A DNA stretch of 63,502 nt, counting the filler, from Bigelowiella natans CCMP2755 (taxonomy: Eukaryota; Protista; Cercozoa), in the NCBI GenBank assembly GCA_000320545.1. It is 6 parts of 6 records of this genome, joined end to end, with 100 filler letters (N's around TTAATTAATTAA, not from the genome) between each part and the next. Parts side by side here need not be neighbours in the genome. Positions count along the whole stretch, not along the records: positions 37,885 to 50,014 come from ADNK01002661.1; positions 50,115 to 58,023 come from ADNK01000335.1; 4 more parts are not named here. One strand, written 5' to 3'. The translations under genes and the position numbers were made by a program. This document shows positions 44,075 through 57,775 of the stretch, one piece after another; position 1 is the stretch's first letter, and every line of letters begins with the position of its first letter. The notes under the pieces were generated by a model. It had not been told where the DNA came from. It did no database searches and saw nothing but the letters and a program-made list of their open reading frames with translations.

Positions 44075-45056
44075 ATGGCTGCTCGAGCTAGATATAGGTC
44101 GCTCATGTTTTCCGCTGATGCTGTGATGTTAAAAAGAAGGTTGAAAGATCTGCTGATTTTCTGCGCGAACGCACATACGTAGGCACACGGAAGATATGGA
44201 AGAGCACATAATAAGCTCATTGGGCAGTTAGGAAATAAAGGTATCTTTCAAGTGCTTCGATAAATACAGAGGAAAGGAGGGCGGGGTCGTCAAGTGCTCT
44301 GCGTGTGTTTGTGTGTGTGTGGGTGGGGGGGTTGTGTACGTGTAAGCCTGTGTGTATGGGCATGTGTGTGAGTACGTGTTGATTTATCGATTCATATTCA
44401 TGCGTGTGTACGTCAATGTGTATTTTAACTTATACTATAACTTTATCAGTACACTCATTAAAAAACCTGGCAATTGATATACAGTCAGAGGTACCTTCTA
44501 CTAAATAATTTGAAAAAATAACCTGTTAGTGTTGATGTTGGTATGGATGTATTCACTGCATGTGCGTATGTGTCTACGATATAACCCTAAAATAAATAGA
44601 TAACACTCACAATTATTCAGCTACGTGACCAAGACAAAACGCTGGATGAAATGGTACGAACGAATGTAAATACAACAGTACACGCATTTAAGGGAATTTG
44701 GGCTGCAATGTCGTGAGTCCCATGCGTGCGTGTTGTTATTTGATTGGTACACATCAGTCAATATTAAAACTGTTGTTATGTAAAAATGAAACTCAGCAAA
44801 ATCCGATGGGAAACTTAGGCCAAATGTTCAGAAAGACAATGGTAATTTTCGTTAGCTAGGACGATATATTTGCTATGTACTTTGAGGAGGGAGTTATAAA
44901 GTCATAGACCATATTTATATATATCCACATACACAAACGTAAGTTCATAATCAAAGTATAAAAAATATTAGTGTCTTTTAATATTAATTTGTGTAAAATT
45001 GATTGAATATTCTAATTTCTTTTCCTGTAGCAAATACACACACAAACACACACATG

Positions 45057-45090
<34 letters not shown>

Positions 45091-45380
45091 ATGAATGTAG
45101 TCGGCGATGGGCCAGTTATCGCAAGGCGGAGGAAGTTGGCATATGTGCTATTTGGTAGCAGCGAATCCGCACACATACATACATATAATATAAAGCGGGC
45201 ACGCAGACGAGAAAAAAGATATGCACAAAAAATGTTTTACCGCTGGATATTCTTATTGTTAAATCTAAATATCAGATATTATTTGTGTTCATCTTCTTCA
45301 TTCTTATTGTTAACTCTAAATATCAGATATTATTTGTGTTCATCTTCTTCATGCTCGTAAAGTACCTCATTATGGGCTGA
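44075..45380 (+). CDS. BET1: Bet1-like Qc-SNARE (apparent 1-nt frameshift in exon 2)
   Basis: Spliced: NKLIGQLGNK|VHSLKNLAIDIQSE|LRDQDKTLDEM|QNPMGNLGQMFRKTM|SAMGQLSQGGGSWHMCYL|ILFVFIFFMLVKYLIMG*. This is a SNARE heptad followed by a C-terminal TM anchor. Confidence 0.78.
45250..45351. repeat. Tandem duplication, 2 x 51 bp, spanning the last 3' splice site of the SNARE gene
   Basis: ttcttattgttaa(a/c)tctaaatatcagatattatttgtgttcatcttcttca occurs twice with one mismatch. Confidence 0.9.
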
Positions 45381-46499
45381 GAAGACTGACTGAAGAAAGC
45401 AGTAGTTCCAACATATGCTCAATGAATGTGTAAATCAATAAAGCTGTGAGGGCTACCGTCACGGTAACATGCTAAACACCATACAACTGATTATTCCATA
45501 GTATAGGAAAGCGGAATATTTTGGCAGTTAGCAAGCAAGACGCATGGAGGCGCCAGGATTACCAATGCCACAGCCATATTCACCACCAAGTATAGGTTAT
45601 TTAATGAATTCATTTGGTGCTGTAACGCTACGTCATATTGCCCACTTATTGAGATGCCATGTTGATGCATTTATGCCCGACAGCTACGTAATAACCATGC
45701 ATAGCGCTAGCAGGCGCCGTACTTTCGTATGCGCGCCGAGGTCTAGTAGAAAGGTCCCGCTTTGCGTCACTTACAAACATTTGTTCTCTTTGCGAATCTC
45801 ATCATCAGTCATGTGGCAGGGCGGAAATGATGACGGTCTAGCGGTGTTGCTGTGACGTGCTAGGTTCTAGCTAGGCCTCTATGCATATATCTAGCTAGCA
45901 GACGTATACACAGAGCCTTTTCTAATTTGGCTGCATACTAGCATTGCGCGGTATACTATATATGTAACTGCAGCACAAATGTAGGAAAGATATAAAGAGA
46001 CGCGCAACATTGCACGCGCAGCAGCATCTAGCTAGCTAGCTTGCTAGGCACGCTAGTGCGACACAATTCACTGAATGCATAATTGTCATAACATAGCGGA
46101 GACAAATAAATGCAATTTAAGTGCTGTAACCGCAGCTTCGCAAAGCTACATTCTAGATTAGGATGATAATTGAAAATTTTAACGTATTCATATGGAGCTG
46201 GAATGTATTCGCTTTGGATAACATTACTGCAACATGGAATAGATAGTTCGTTAATGTGCCTATTGTCACATAATAGGACTCATGCGTATGATGTCTTCTC
46301 GTCAAAATTTCGTAGCTGCTGGGTGTATTATTAGTCCTTGAAAATGTATCGCGCGGTGCCCTCTTTGATTTGTTTCATGACTTCAGCTTTCCGGGCCTAG
46401 AACAGGAATTAGGGGAAAATGCATGAGAAAACACTAAAAATATTAGGCAGATAGCTATGGTCTTTTTCATTTACGAATGGCCGTATTACAGGGCATGTA

Positions 46500-47300
46500 T
46501 CAACTTGAAAGATTCCGTTTTATTTTGGGAGATGAATTGTATGCTACCTCGTGGAAGGCTTGTACGGCTTCACTAGCCTTAGCTGCGCTCTTTGCTTTAG
46601 CCTTATCTAGTTTCACCACCTGATGGATGCGGTCAGAGAAGAATAAGAGTAAACATCTCCCACAGTTTTTGACGTCACCCATCTCATCATGTGCGATCAA
46701 AAATCATGTCTAACGAAATTCAATACGATTTTTGTCTAGTTACACAGCGGATCGAATGGTTGTACAACATGAAAGAAAATACTACTGATATCCTTGTAAA
46801 ACATTCCAGAAAAACTTCGATATCGCAATGTGTAAGCTGGGTTTTGTCTTGTTTTGGTTGACTTACATATTCAGTGTTCCTCTTCCGGGAGTGCTTGTTA
46901 TTCTGCTTCACCGTTTGGCAAATATGCCTCTCGTTCTATCAGTTACAAAGTGAATTTCAATGAACGTTTTGTCTCAGATTGTGAATGGATTTTGGTTTAC
47001 GTGGAGTATGTTAATCACGCCCTACAATCACCATCTGCGCGTAATGATGGCGCGAATAAACTAGATTTTTGGAAATAATATATTCTGAATGAAACCATGT
47101 AGGCTGTCCACCTTTGATTGTCGTTCGCGCTTTTTGTCAGGCCGTGCATCAGGTGAGTGTCGGAATCCCCCCCTTCAGTTGCATAACAGTAAAAAACGAA
47201 ATTGAGTGGTACCATGTACGTGTAGATTAAAGGTGCTGGTGATTTTGGAACAAACTTATGTTTAGCATTGCAAAAATTGAATGATAACATGGTGATATAT
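46500..47300 (-). CDS. Hypothetical multi-exon protein
   Basis: Exon-like segments such as cag|VVKLDKAKAKSAAKASEAVQAFHE; no family recognised. Confidence 0.3.
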
Positions 47301-48409
47301 AAGGAATAAAAATTACCTTATTCCAAAAGTATGCAAATCAATTAATTTCAAACAAGAAGATGTTATATTTACTGATGAAGTTTTAAGAGATATTATTGAA
47401 ACTTACAACTGCTATTATACGTCCTAAATTACATCTAATATCATTTAATTCCTTAAAAAGAGTAATTAAAAAAATGTGTTGATTTTGTTCGAAACTTTTC
47501 ATTACGCATTGATTTTATTTCTTCGATTGTGCTGGGAGGTACTCTTCACTTTACCCCCGCCCCTGATAGATTGGAATTTGAGATTATTGAGTGGATGATA
47601 CTGTCCATCAGTTTATTGTGTTTCAAGATTAACATTGTTCAAGGTCGTCTTATTACTGGGGCGCACATTCACTACTCACGCACGCACGTGCCACGGCATG
47701 CATTAGCACAATTTTACCGAAATCGTAAGAAATCTAGAGCCACAAGCCTGCTCTTCCGCCCATGACGGGCCGACACCTTACTATGATCCCTTCTATATCT
47801 TGATAAATCCAAAGTTGCGAGGGCGGCGAACGCCACTAAAAGTAGGGCCGCCGCCCGCCTCATCCCAGCTGAGATGATTAGGGACGGGGGGCTGTTATTT
47901 CTGCGATAAATTGTAACATTTTAGGCATAAATATGTGTCGTAATATAAAAACGTCCTACGAAATTGCTTAATTACCCCGTTCAGAGCAAACATCACAAGA
48001 GCTACTTGTCGTACGAAGAAAACTTCATACACACTCGTTGTGACAGCAACAGTACCGGTATAAAAAATTTGCCCTTGAACTTTCGAGAAAAGTTCCACGG
48101 CGTCCGCAGAACGATGCTGAAATAAGCCAAAATAAAGATGATTAATTGCCTAAGACAAGAAACTATGAGGATATTCACACAAATCGGCGCTAGCGGACGC
48201 CTCCGAGCGGCTGTTGGGAAGAAGCACGGAAATCCGCAAAACCCAAACCAGAATGTATTATTGCCCCTCGAAGTTTTACTACCACCACGAAAGAAGCAAC
48301 TACTACCCTCGCTACAGCGAACTTGACCTCAAAGGAGAACAAGAAGACCCTAGAAGCGACGACGCACATGAAGATGCACCATATATCAGGTCAGAGAAGA
48401 AAAGATGAT

Positions 48410-49660
48410 TCTGGGGCCTCATCACAGTTACCTCGTGTAGATTATATCAAGAAAATAACAGAACTCTACCCGAAATCAGATTCAAAAGTTGGCACAGCCA
48501 TAGCATCCGAAACAAAACTAGCAAAGATGCAGACAAAGACAACCACCAAACCAACCCTAACGAGCCCTCGTGGAGTTACGAAGAAGATGGAAAGGAGCCA
48601 GGTAACAATAATTAGCACTTCGGATTTGGTACTATCACTGAACATCTTCTCTCTGTTAATTCCGAAACAACCGAGCAATACTGAGTTGATTAATGTCGTG
48701 TCGCAACCATGATACATTGCGCTAGCTGCAGGCTTCATCTACTCCAATGGAAGCGGAAGAGGCCAAGTCGGAGGATGATGGCACTACGGTGACTGATCCA
48801 GACACCTTGTGTATTGCCATTATTGGTAGTGTCGCCAACGGAAAGACTTCTCTCGTCAAGGTGGGCATAGTGATTAAGATAAGAACGGGGGAGGTCTGGA
48901 AAGACAGGAGAAAGAAAGAGAGGGGTAGGAGTAAGAGATAAAAGGGAAGGGAAAAACACTGATTTTGAGCTTTTCTCCACGACCCTCTCCCCCCCTCCAT
49001 CCTATATGCTGTTTTGCACCTTCTCTCCTCAATAAGGCTCTTTCTGGTGAAAATACCGCCAAATTTGCCTCAGAGAAGAAGCTCAATATGACAATCCGTT
49101 TGGGTAATATATAAATGATTCTTATAACAACGCGCTCTAGTTTACTGGTTCTGCGGTTAGTTGTAGTAAAGGACAAAATCTTAAGCATTGTATCTAACGC
49201 AGTGTAATTACTTATCATAATTGAAATTATGTACTTAATGTACTCCACGACGGTTTACAATAACAACAACATGTTCATCATCATCATTACTAATGTTGTC
49301 ATCACTCCTGTCTCCGGTCAATTAGGCTATGCTGACTTTAGCATTTATCGATGTCCACGTTGTCCGTATCCATTCAATGCCTTTTCGTCGGGGCTGTTGC
49401 CGAAAAAGCAGCGTCATCCCATCCCTCCAGCTAAGGTGACATATCTACGAAACTTCACAAGTTGAAGAAGAAGAAGATGAAGATGTTGGATTAGCTTACG
49501 AGATAAAAACCAAGAAACCTTATGAAGATGATATTCCTGAAGATTTTACTATGTTGATGATTTTACTATGTTGATGATACACGGATAGGCCACCTGCCCA
49601 AAATGCAAGCATAAATGCTGCCGTGTGATCAGAAAGGTTTCCATACTTGACGCTCCAGGG
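48410..49660 (+). CDS. Divergent eIF2-gamma-like GTPase (N-terminal part; truncated by gap; start uncertain)
   Basis: TLCIAIIGSVANGKTSLVK|ALSGENTAKFASEKKLNMTIRLG|YADFSIYRCPRCP..CPKCK..IRKVSILDAPG parallels eIF2-gamma GHVAHGKS..AISG..NITIKLGYAN..VSFVDCPGH. Confidence 0.78.
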
Positions 49661-49774
49661 TCATAAAAAAACAAAGATATTCAAACAGATGCACACACTC
49701 ACAAAAACCAATATAGACAAGCATATTAGTTGTGCGCGTATAATTTTATATAGATATATGTTAGTTTATATGTA

Positions 49775-49839
<65 letters not shown>

Positions 49840-50162
49840 GGTGTGTTTGTGTGTGCGCGCGCGCGTGTGTGTGTGTGTGTGGGGGGGGGGGGGGGTGTGT
49901 GTGTGTGATCCTAGAGATCGCTCCCATACAGCGAGTTATAGCGGGAGAGTTATTATATATGGAGGCGGGGGGTGTGGCGCGCGCGTGTGTTTGCGTAGTG
50001 GTGGGTGCGCTCTCNNNNNNNNNNNNNNNNNNNNNNNNNNNNNNNNNNNNNNNNNNNNTTAATTAATTAANNNNNNNNNNNNNNNNNNNNNNNNNNNNNN
50101 NNNNNNNNNNNNNNCAACTAGCGCTCGGATAAAAAGCCATTATAGGATGGGCTGTTGTTCTA

Positions 50163-50253
50163 CCTGACGTCCTCCATGATCCCAGCTATCGGCACACCGT
50201 TTAGACCAGGGTTAAGGTACTGAATCTAGTTGCACGCAATATATACATAGAAA

Positions 50254-50295
<42 letters not shown>

Positions 50296-50581
50296 TAGGG
50301 AGAGCGAGAGAGAATATATATACATATTATGTGTGTGTGTGTGTGTGTGTGTGTGTATGCCAGAGAGAGAGAGAGACTTTGTTGTTAAATTACAATCTTG
50401 GCAGCTGAGAGCAAGAACCCTAGATCTGCTGCGAGCACACTATCCACCAACGGCTTTTGCACCTTTCGCATGGTTTTAAGGTGATGACGACGACGACGAA
50501 GAAGAAGAAGAAGATGATGATGATGACTTGACAAGCAGCCTTTGCTTTAAATTCCCACCGTTCCGAGAGAACAGTGAAAAT

Positions 50582-50619
<38 letters not shown>

Positions 50620-50708
50620 TTTTCCCTACCTTAATAGCAACACTATCCCCTGATGATTTCAGGATTCCCCGGTGAACCTTTGTTTTAACGCATATGCTAT
50701 ATAAATAA

Positions 50709-50750
<42 letters not shown>

Positions 50751-50932
50751 AAATGCGTTGATTTTCCATTGCTCTCCTCGTATCTTTCAATTATTCTCTT
50801 GAGGAACTTCAAATGCATTCGTTTGAGCTGCCAAAAGGTTGAAAGGCTTGAACCTGCGCGACACTGGCGGACGCAATAGGTGTTGGGTCGATATAGCTGA
50901 ACACCTAGTTTTGGCGAGTATAGTCAATCATT

Positions 50933-50973
<41 letters not shown>

Positions 50974-51162
50974 GCGTGTGTGATACGGTACATACCTCAT
51001 CAATGGGCCTCCCAAGATCAGCCTCTATGGTGCTTTTAATGAGCTCGAATCTGAAAAAGTGGGAAGGGCAGTCAGAAAGGCGGCCGCCGAGGAGGCAATA
51101 ATGGGAGGTATGGTGATAATGATGATGACGACGACATGATGATAATGATGATGATAGTGACG

Positions 51163-51198
<36 letters not shown>

Positions 51199-52917
51199 TT
51201 GGAAGTATCATGACGTGTTGAAGGGGTCTTTGTCGAGGCACTTTTGGAACTCCAGAACGTACTCCTTCATTATCATCAATTGTGATCGTATCATAGCCAA
51301 TCATGGGAAGGAAAGCTAGTATGCAAGGATGGATGCCACAGCGTTGCGCGCCAAAATGAATGTGTATGATAAATACACATATTTAATATATGAAGCGCGA
51401 GAGTATTTGATCAATCCCTATATACACCGTTCCAAACCCCCCCCACCCCCCCCCGTGCTTCCATTTCCCCCTCTGCAACTCACTTCTGGAAAGAGCGTGG
51501 GCGAGGAGGCGATGAACTGTCCTAATTTCACGTAGGTCGCGCCGAGCCTGAGGAGAGGAAGGAGGCTTCTTTAGTTCTTCGTTTGTTTTGGCGAACCGCG
51601 CGAGAGGGCGCGCTTTGTAGAAACAGTGACCGCACAAGGATGCTAACTTATACGAGCAACACGCTCGTACATCGGTAGTCCTGGCCTCTTTCTCAAGGCA
51701 CACCCACAATTGTATCTGCCCCTCTGCTATATGGCACCAGACCATCCCAGCTTACGGACAAAAAAACGACCTTTCGAACAGCCCTCTGAGCACCTTTGGC
51801 GCTGCGGGGAGCGACGTTGCAGGATCGATGTACTCCTAACATCATGATTCATCACAGTGGTAAGAACGACGAAATCGGCTTGACCGAATACGCAAACAAC
51901 CAAATCCCACACAGGAACCCTCGCACAGGCGCGACGTCTCCCCGCTTATGTCGAAACAACCCCCCCCCCTCCCCTCCCCGTCAGACGAAGAAGCTCCATC
52001 ATTCACAACCAGCACTGTGCACCTTTGGGTTCGATGCAATCTCAGCGGCAAACCGAATCGCAGCCCGCGTACCAAACAACGTCCTATAAAATAGATGCGA
52101 AGGATGAGGCGAGGAATGAAGACAGGCGGGAGTCGATGGGTGGAAAATTAGCGAGTGAAAAGTGTGTCTAATTGAATGGCAGAGCTCCTGCATGGTTGGC
52201 GCTCAATCAACAAACCGTTGAAGTCCCTTGTCAACCCCGACGTCAGCTGCTATCTCGAAGATCTCCTTGACGAGCTGCTGAAACTTAGAGTCCCCTAGAA
52301 TTCCGGTGACTCCCATGGTTAAGGGAGATCGAGGGGGCGGGGAGGAAGAAGACGCTGCTGCGGAATCCATCCTGGTCGAATATGGCCTGATTTGCAAGAT
52401 ACATTAGAACTTTTCCCGCCTTCGGAAGGTCATACAGTTATGATGGTTTATCATCCCGAGACGTAAGATAGGCTCTCTCTTTCTGTTTGGCAAAGTATTC
52501 GTGCTCGCACAGAGCGCGGAAGAAAGGAAGGAGATGCCGTAGTGGGCAGTCGTTCACTAGCAGCGCGCAGTGCAGAACAAACCGTAGCGACTTGAGTGAA
52601 TTTAGCCTGTACGTCGGGCCAACTATGGATCTTTCGCAGCTCCATCTGGCTCTCGATGGGCTTATAACGTTTGTCTTTTTGTAAGAAGAAAGCAACGGAA
52701 AGAGCAAATTCTCAGAGCTCGAACCCGGACAACCTCCCCTTCCCCGCCCATCTACCTTAGATAGCCTAACACCAATGTCAGCGCCCTTTAAACTACGAAT
52801 GTGACTGCTTTGTCGAGTCAGTTTCGAAAGTCGTGCAGCGAAGAATACTATAGCCAGGGAGAATAAGGCGAGCACTAGGAAGTTGCTCAACGAGTGGCTC
52901 CGGAACCGGGGAGCCAT
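50163..52917 (-). CDS. ABC1K: ABC1/ADCK atypical kinase (plastid ABC1K9-like) with bipartite leader; 3' end lost in gap
   Basis: PKVLRGLFER..ATYVKLGQFIASSPTLFPE..EYVLEFQKCLD..IEADLGRPIDE|VFSYIDPTPIASASVAQV..VAIK. Hydrophobic leader FLVLALFSLAIVFFAA. Confidence 0.9.
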
Positions 52918-53452
52918 TCTTTTTGCTGTTAAACCAGATATATTAGATATTATCGGTATAAAATATTAGTCTAAAAGTGTACTGAAAACTGATCCAGAAA
53001 AATCCAGCGAGGTACGTTTGTCGGAAGTTGACTTTCGGAGGAATTATCTAGATATACTCAGGATATATTTATGACTAGATTAAGGACACCCATTTTACTA
53101 CTCTTTTGGTAAAGTCTTATTGTCGCATGAGAAAAATGGATGTGATTTGCATCCTAAAATATATCATGAGAAATGAGCAGCTGTTGTTGGGGTCGTCAAT
53201 GAGCTGAAAATCGAAGCTATTTCAATAGAGCGACATGCTAAATATGATTTTCCCCATCGGGTTTTCGCTTAGTTTCGCACTGGAATTTCTTGGATATCAC
53301 TGAAAGACTCCAGAGAATGGCGGGCTGGGGCTTCTGAGAACCTCTTCGAAACCGAGCGAACCCGCGATCTGTAGAGAACCGACAGGGAGAGGAAAGACAC
53401 AACATCACCTATTTTACAGTAGAATCATGGAAATTAACTCGAAGACGAGAAG

Positions 53453-53879
53453 ATGGCGCAGGTAACTTCCCCACGCGCTCTTGACGGGGCTGCTTGCACG
53501 CAATGTTGTGATTACACCGTAGTAGTGACCCCTTTTAGCAGCTATACATTATAGTCCTCACCATTATGCATCGCAATACGTTATGTGTCCCTTATCCATC
53601 CATCCACCTATCCATCCATTTCCTCGTGCGATTTGTCAGTGTGCAGAGGCAGGGGACCTTACTCGCAGCGGTTGCGTGTGTCGCCATACTGAGCGCTACA
53701 ATCCATAACACCTCCCCGGGGAAGGACCTCTCCGCCTCCACCAGCATCCAAAAGAGGAGGCGAATCGCTGATGGCGGTGCTGCTGTTGGTGATAATTTTA
53801 ATGGAAAGAACAGTCCTCAGGCTGCTCATTTTGACTTTCGAACGGTAACAATTAACTACACATATACTTTCGCGCGCGC

Positions 53880-53934
<55 letters not shown>

Positions 53935-54132
53935 CATACATGTATACAATTCAATAAATTTTACGTAAATTGACGGCATGCTCCCTCCTACAGTTGAGTG
54001 GCACTGAAGATGCACTTGGCAGCTTGCTAAAGTTGAGGGGAGGCGACAGGTATCTCCATCTACTACAAATTGCACGATATCAAAACCAAATTCCTTGATG
54101 ATCGACTATTCACACGCACACGCACACACACA

Positions 54133-54174
<42 letters not shown>

Positions 54175-55323
54175 TCAAACCATTTCGATGTCCTTTTGGC
54201 AGCAGCTGCAGTGGTTGATCGACGAGCATATTTTCGCCCCCCCCCCCCCCCCCCCACCTTTTTCCACCAGCTTCTCGCATAGGCGAGAGAACTTCAAACC
54301 CAGCGTCGATGCACAACAGGCCCGAAGAGATCGCTACGAGGCCCTCAAAGGACTCACGAACCAGAAGCGACAGGAAGCCATGAATAAGAAAAGAGCTGTC
54401 TTTAACCGGTGAGATAAACACAAAAGCTTCTCCTCTTAGAAGGCCTTTAGCGCTTTAGATCGAAGCAATCAGCTACTCAATAGTTCCAATTCAATTTCTC
54501 TAGCGAATCAATTGTACAATGAATGGCGGAATATGTTCAAATAACGACATTTTGCCTCCTCCTCCACCCCCCACCCCCCCCCTTCATCCCCTCCTACCTC
54601 GGATATACAGCACCCAGCCTTCCTCTGGAGCGGATGGGGCGGGGACGGCGCAATCCAACGAACCCCCCGTCACACTGCAGGACCTTCCTCGCCTTGTTCA
54701 ATCACTGAAATCATCAACGGTGGAGGAGAGACTCAGCGGTGCTCGGAACATGAGAAAGCTCTTGTCCAATGAGAACCCACCTGCTGATGCTGCTGTGGAG
54801 GTTGCCCCCCCCCCCTCCCCCTCCCCTCCCACCCCTACCCGGTGTATTTGTGTGTGTAGAAATCCAAAATCAAAGGAAAATTGGTAACGGAGACCGGGGG
54901 GGGAAAAAGGGGGGGGGGGGGGCCCCGGGGGGGGCGGGGGGGGGGGGGTTTTTTTAATTATACCAAACGTCGCTCATCTCTCTAACTCTTCGTAACTTGG
55001 TGAGTGAAGGATAGTTTTCTTGCAATGTGGTAGGTCGGGGCCTTACAGCCGCTGGTGGAGGCTTTAAAGCAGACTGAGTCTACTGAGTTGCAATTCGAAG
55101 CAGCATGGGCTCTGACGAACATCGCTTCAACTGACTTCACAAAGCAAGTACGACTGCTACTACTACTAATGCTGCTGCTGCTGCCACTACCACAACTTAT
55201 TGCTGCTACGACTACTTCTACTACAACAGCGCGCGTGCGTGTGTGTTTGTGTGTGTGTGTGTCTATGCAAATACGTACGCACAAACACGCTCTCTCTCTC
55301 TCTCTCTCTCTCTCTCGCAAACA

Positions 55324-55363
<40 letters not shown>

Positions 55364-55551
55364 ACGCATGCGGCAAATAGGTCGTATACGCTGGCGCCGT
55401 GGAGCCCCTGGTCGGGCTATTGACGTCCCAAAGTGCAGATGTTCGTGAGCAATCAGCATGGTGCTTAGGAAACGTTGCAGGTAGCGACGCAACGAGGACA
55501 ATAAGATGATGATGATGATGATGCTGATGATGCTGATGATACAAGAGCGCG

Positions 55552-55586
<35 letters not shown>

Positions 55587-55724
55587 TTACGAACATACAA
55601 ATTGACTTCTTCCTATTCTTCTTCTTCTTCTTCTCCAGGCGACTGTGCTGAGCTGCGAGACACCGTGATAAGAGCGGGCGCTGTCGAGCCGATCTTAGCC
55701 AATGTTTGTTGTAGCTATATCTAC

Positions 55725-55794
<70 letters not shown>

Positions 55795-56010
55795 CGTGCA
55801 TCCACACACCCATACCCCTCCCCCCCTTCACCCACATGATACACATATCTGATGATCATCCACAAGGTGCGCCAACCGGAGTCGCTTTCATTGCTGCGCA
55901 ACACGATATGGGCAATGTCCAATCTGTGCAGGGGGAAGCCAGGTGACTAAAGATGCAAACGTGATTCCTTCATACAAACCGTGAGGAAGCTATCATAAAT
56001 ATTATATATT

Positions 56011-56050
<40 letters not shown>

Positions 56051-57113
56051 GTTTCTCCTATATGGTGCTGTAAGTGCGTTATGCCTCTTTTCATTTATTT
56101 CTCTCTTTCTCTCCTAATACAGGTGTACAGATAGAGGTTGCGAGGCAGGTCATGCCCGTTTTGGCCAACACGGTACTGATTAGTCCTTTGGCACTTCGAG
56201 TTGTTGGTGCTTTATGCAGAGGAGGAAGGGGGGGGTTGGGGGGGGGGGATGGCGAGTATACGCACGAAATCAATTGAGCATGGAGCATATCGTTTTTTAT
56301 TGCTGTGTCATTCATATAGTCGATTCTCGAGCAGTTTCTAATAATATTGATACGATCTGTGATACCGCGCGCTATCATCACCGCCCCGCTATACGCGGAG
56401 ACTGACCCCCACCCGTCGTTTGTTTTGTCGTGCGTATCCACAGGTGATGCTTTGCTCGGACGAGGATACGCTTATCGACGCATGCTGGGCCTTCTCCTAC
56501 CTCACAGGTACAAAGAGAGAGAGCGGTGATGACGACGATGGGTGGTGTGGTGAAACGAACGACGAGAATGATGATACTGATGAGATGATCTTATGATGGT
56601 GATGACGCTGTGAATTGGGATTGATATATGCAATAGCCCTGCGTTCAGAAAATGCACATAAACATGCACATAAACACACACACACGCACGCACGCACAGA
56701 TATATCGTATCGTACTTAGCGCGTATGTAGGACTTTTCAATTGCGCCGCACGTCTATATTTCCCCCCAAAATAAAGTTTTTAATTCCCCCCCCCCCCCCC
56801 CCAAATACGCTGCAACTCAAATAGATGGTGAGAACGAGCGCATTGACCTTCTCGTGGAGCACAAGGTAGGAGGAGTAGTAGGCAGTAGTGGCAGTAGTAT
56901 TAGGGCGGGAAGAGCTGAAGAAGAAGAAGAAGAAGAAGAAGAAGAAGAAGGAGCAATACCCTCATTTAATGCAGACAACAGTGAGATGAAGAGGAACGGC
57001 CTTGCACATAATCCAAAACAATGAGAATTATAGCAACTTCGACTGAAACAGCACAAACCTTCACCACTTTCACGTGTAAAACGCGCACTCCTCTCCTCCA
57101 TTCTCGCCACACA

Positions 57114-57156
<43 letters not shown>

Positions 57157-57775
57157 GCGCGCGCGCACACATACACCAAAATTGCAAAGTTCCTGACTTT
57201 GTCTGCTCCCCCCCATCCCCCCCATCCCCTCCCTCCCCCCCCTCCCGGGAATGAATTGCTCTTCCGTCTCCCCAGCCCGTCGTGCAGGCCCTCGTAAAGC
57301 ACCTCCACAGCAAGTCCTCGTCGCTAATCGCACCCGTACTGCAAACACTTGGCAACGTCATCAATGGCACCGATGAGCAAACACAGGTGTGTGATAGCAG
57401 CCTCTCAGCAGCGGCAGATGGAGGAGGAGGAGGAGGAGGAGGAGGAGGAGGAGGAGGAGAAGGAGGAGGAATGTCCTCTTCGTGTCGCGACTTTCGGAAC
57501 GCTCAATATGCGTGATTTTCTGTCAAATTGCGGCATGGGATTCATCGACGTTTGCGTATAACGCTGCAAGTATCCTCTCGTTTTTCAATTGCTCGTTAAT
57601 TCGCGCGTGTGTATTATTCATTAAAACATGCCGCCATTGACTCTGTTCCCATCGTTACTCGTCGCAGGTGGTGATGGATTCCGGCATCCTCTCGCACCTT
57701 CTCCAGCTGCTGCAGCACCCGAAGAAGAGTCTCCGCAAGGAAACATGTTGGCTGATCTCCAACATCGCTGCTGGT
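53453..57775 (+). CDS. Importin subunit alpha with an extra N-terminal leader; 3' end lost in gap
   Basis: IBB-like RRENFKPSVDAQQARRDR..KRQEAMNKKR. ARM repeats LQFEAAWALTNIAS, VREQSAWCLGNVAGD, LRNTIWAMSNLCRGKP, DACWAFSYLTDG and RKETCWLISNIAAG. Confidence 0.95.

Noticed and set aside
49541-49578. Short (~18-bp) tandem duplication
   Set aside because: Intronic slippage duplication with no evident consequence; not CRISPR-like.
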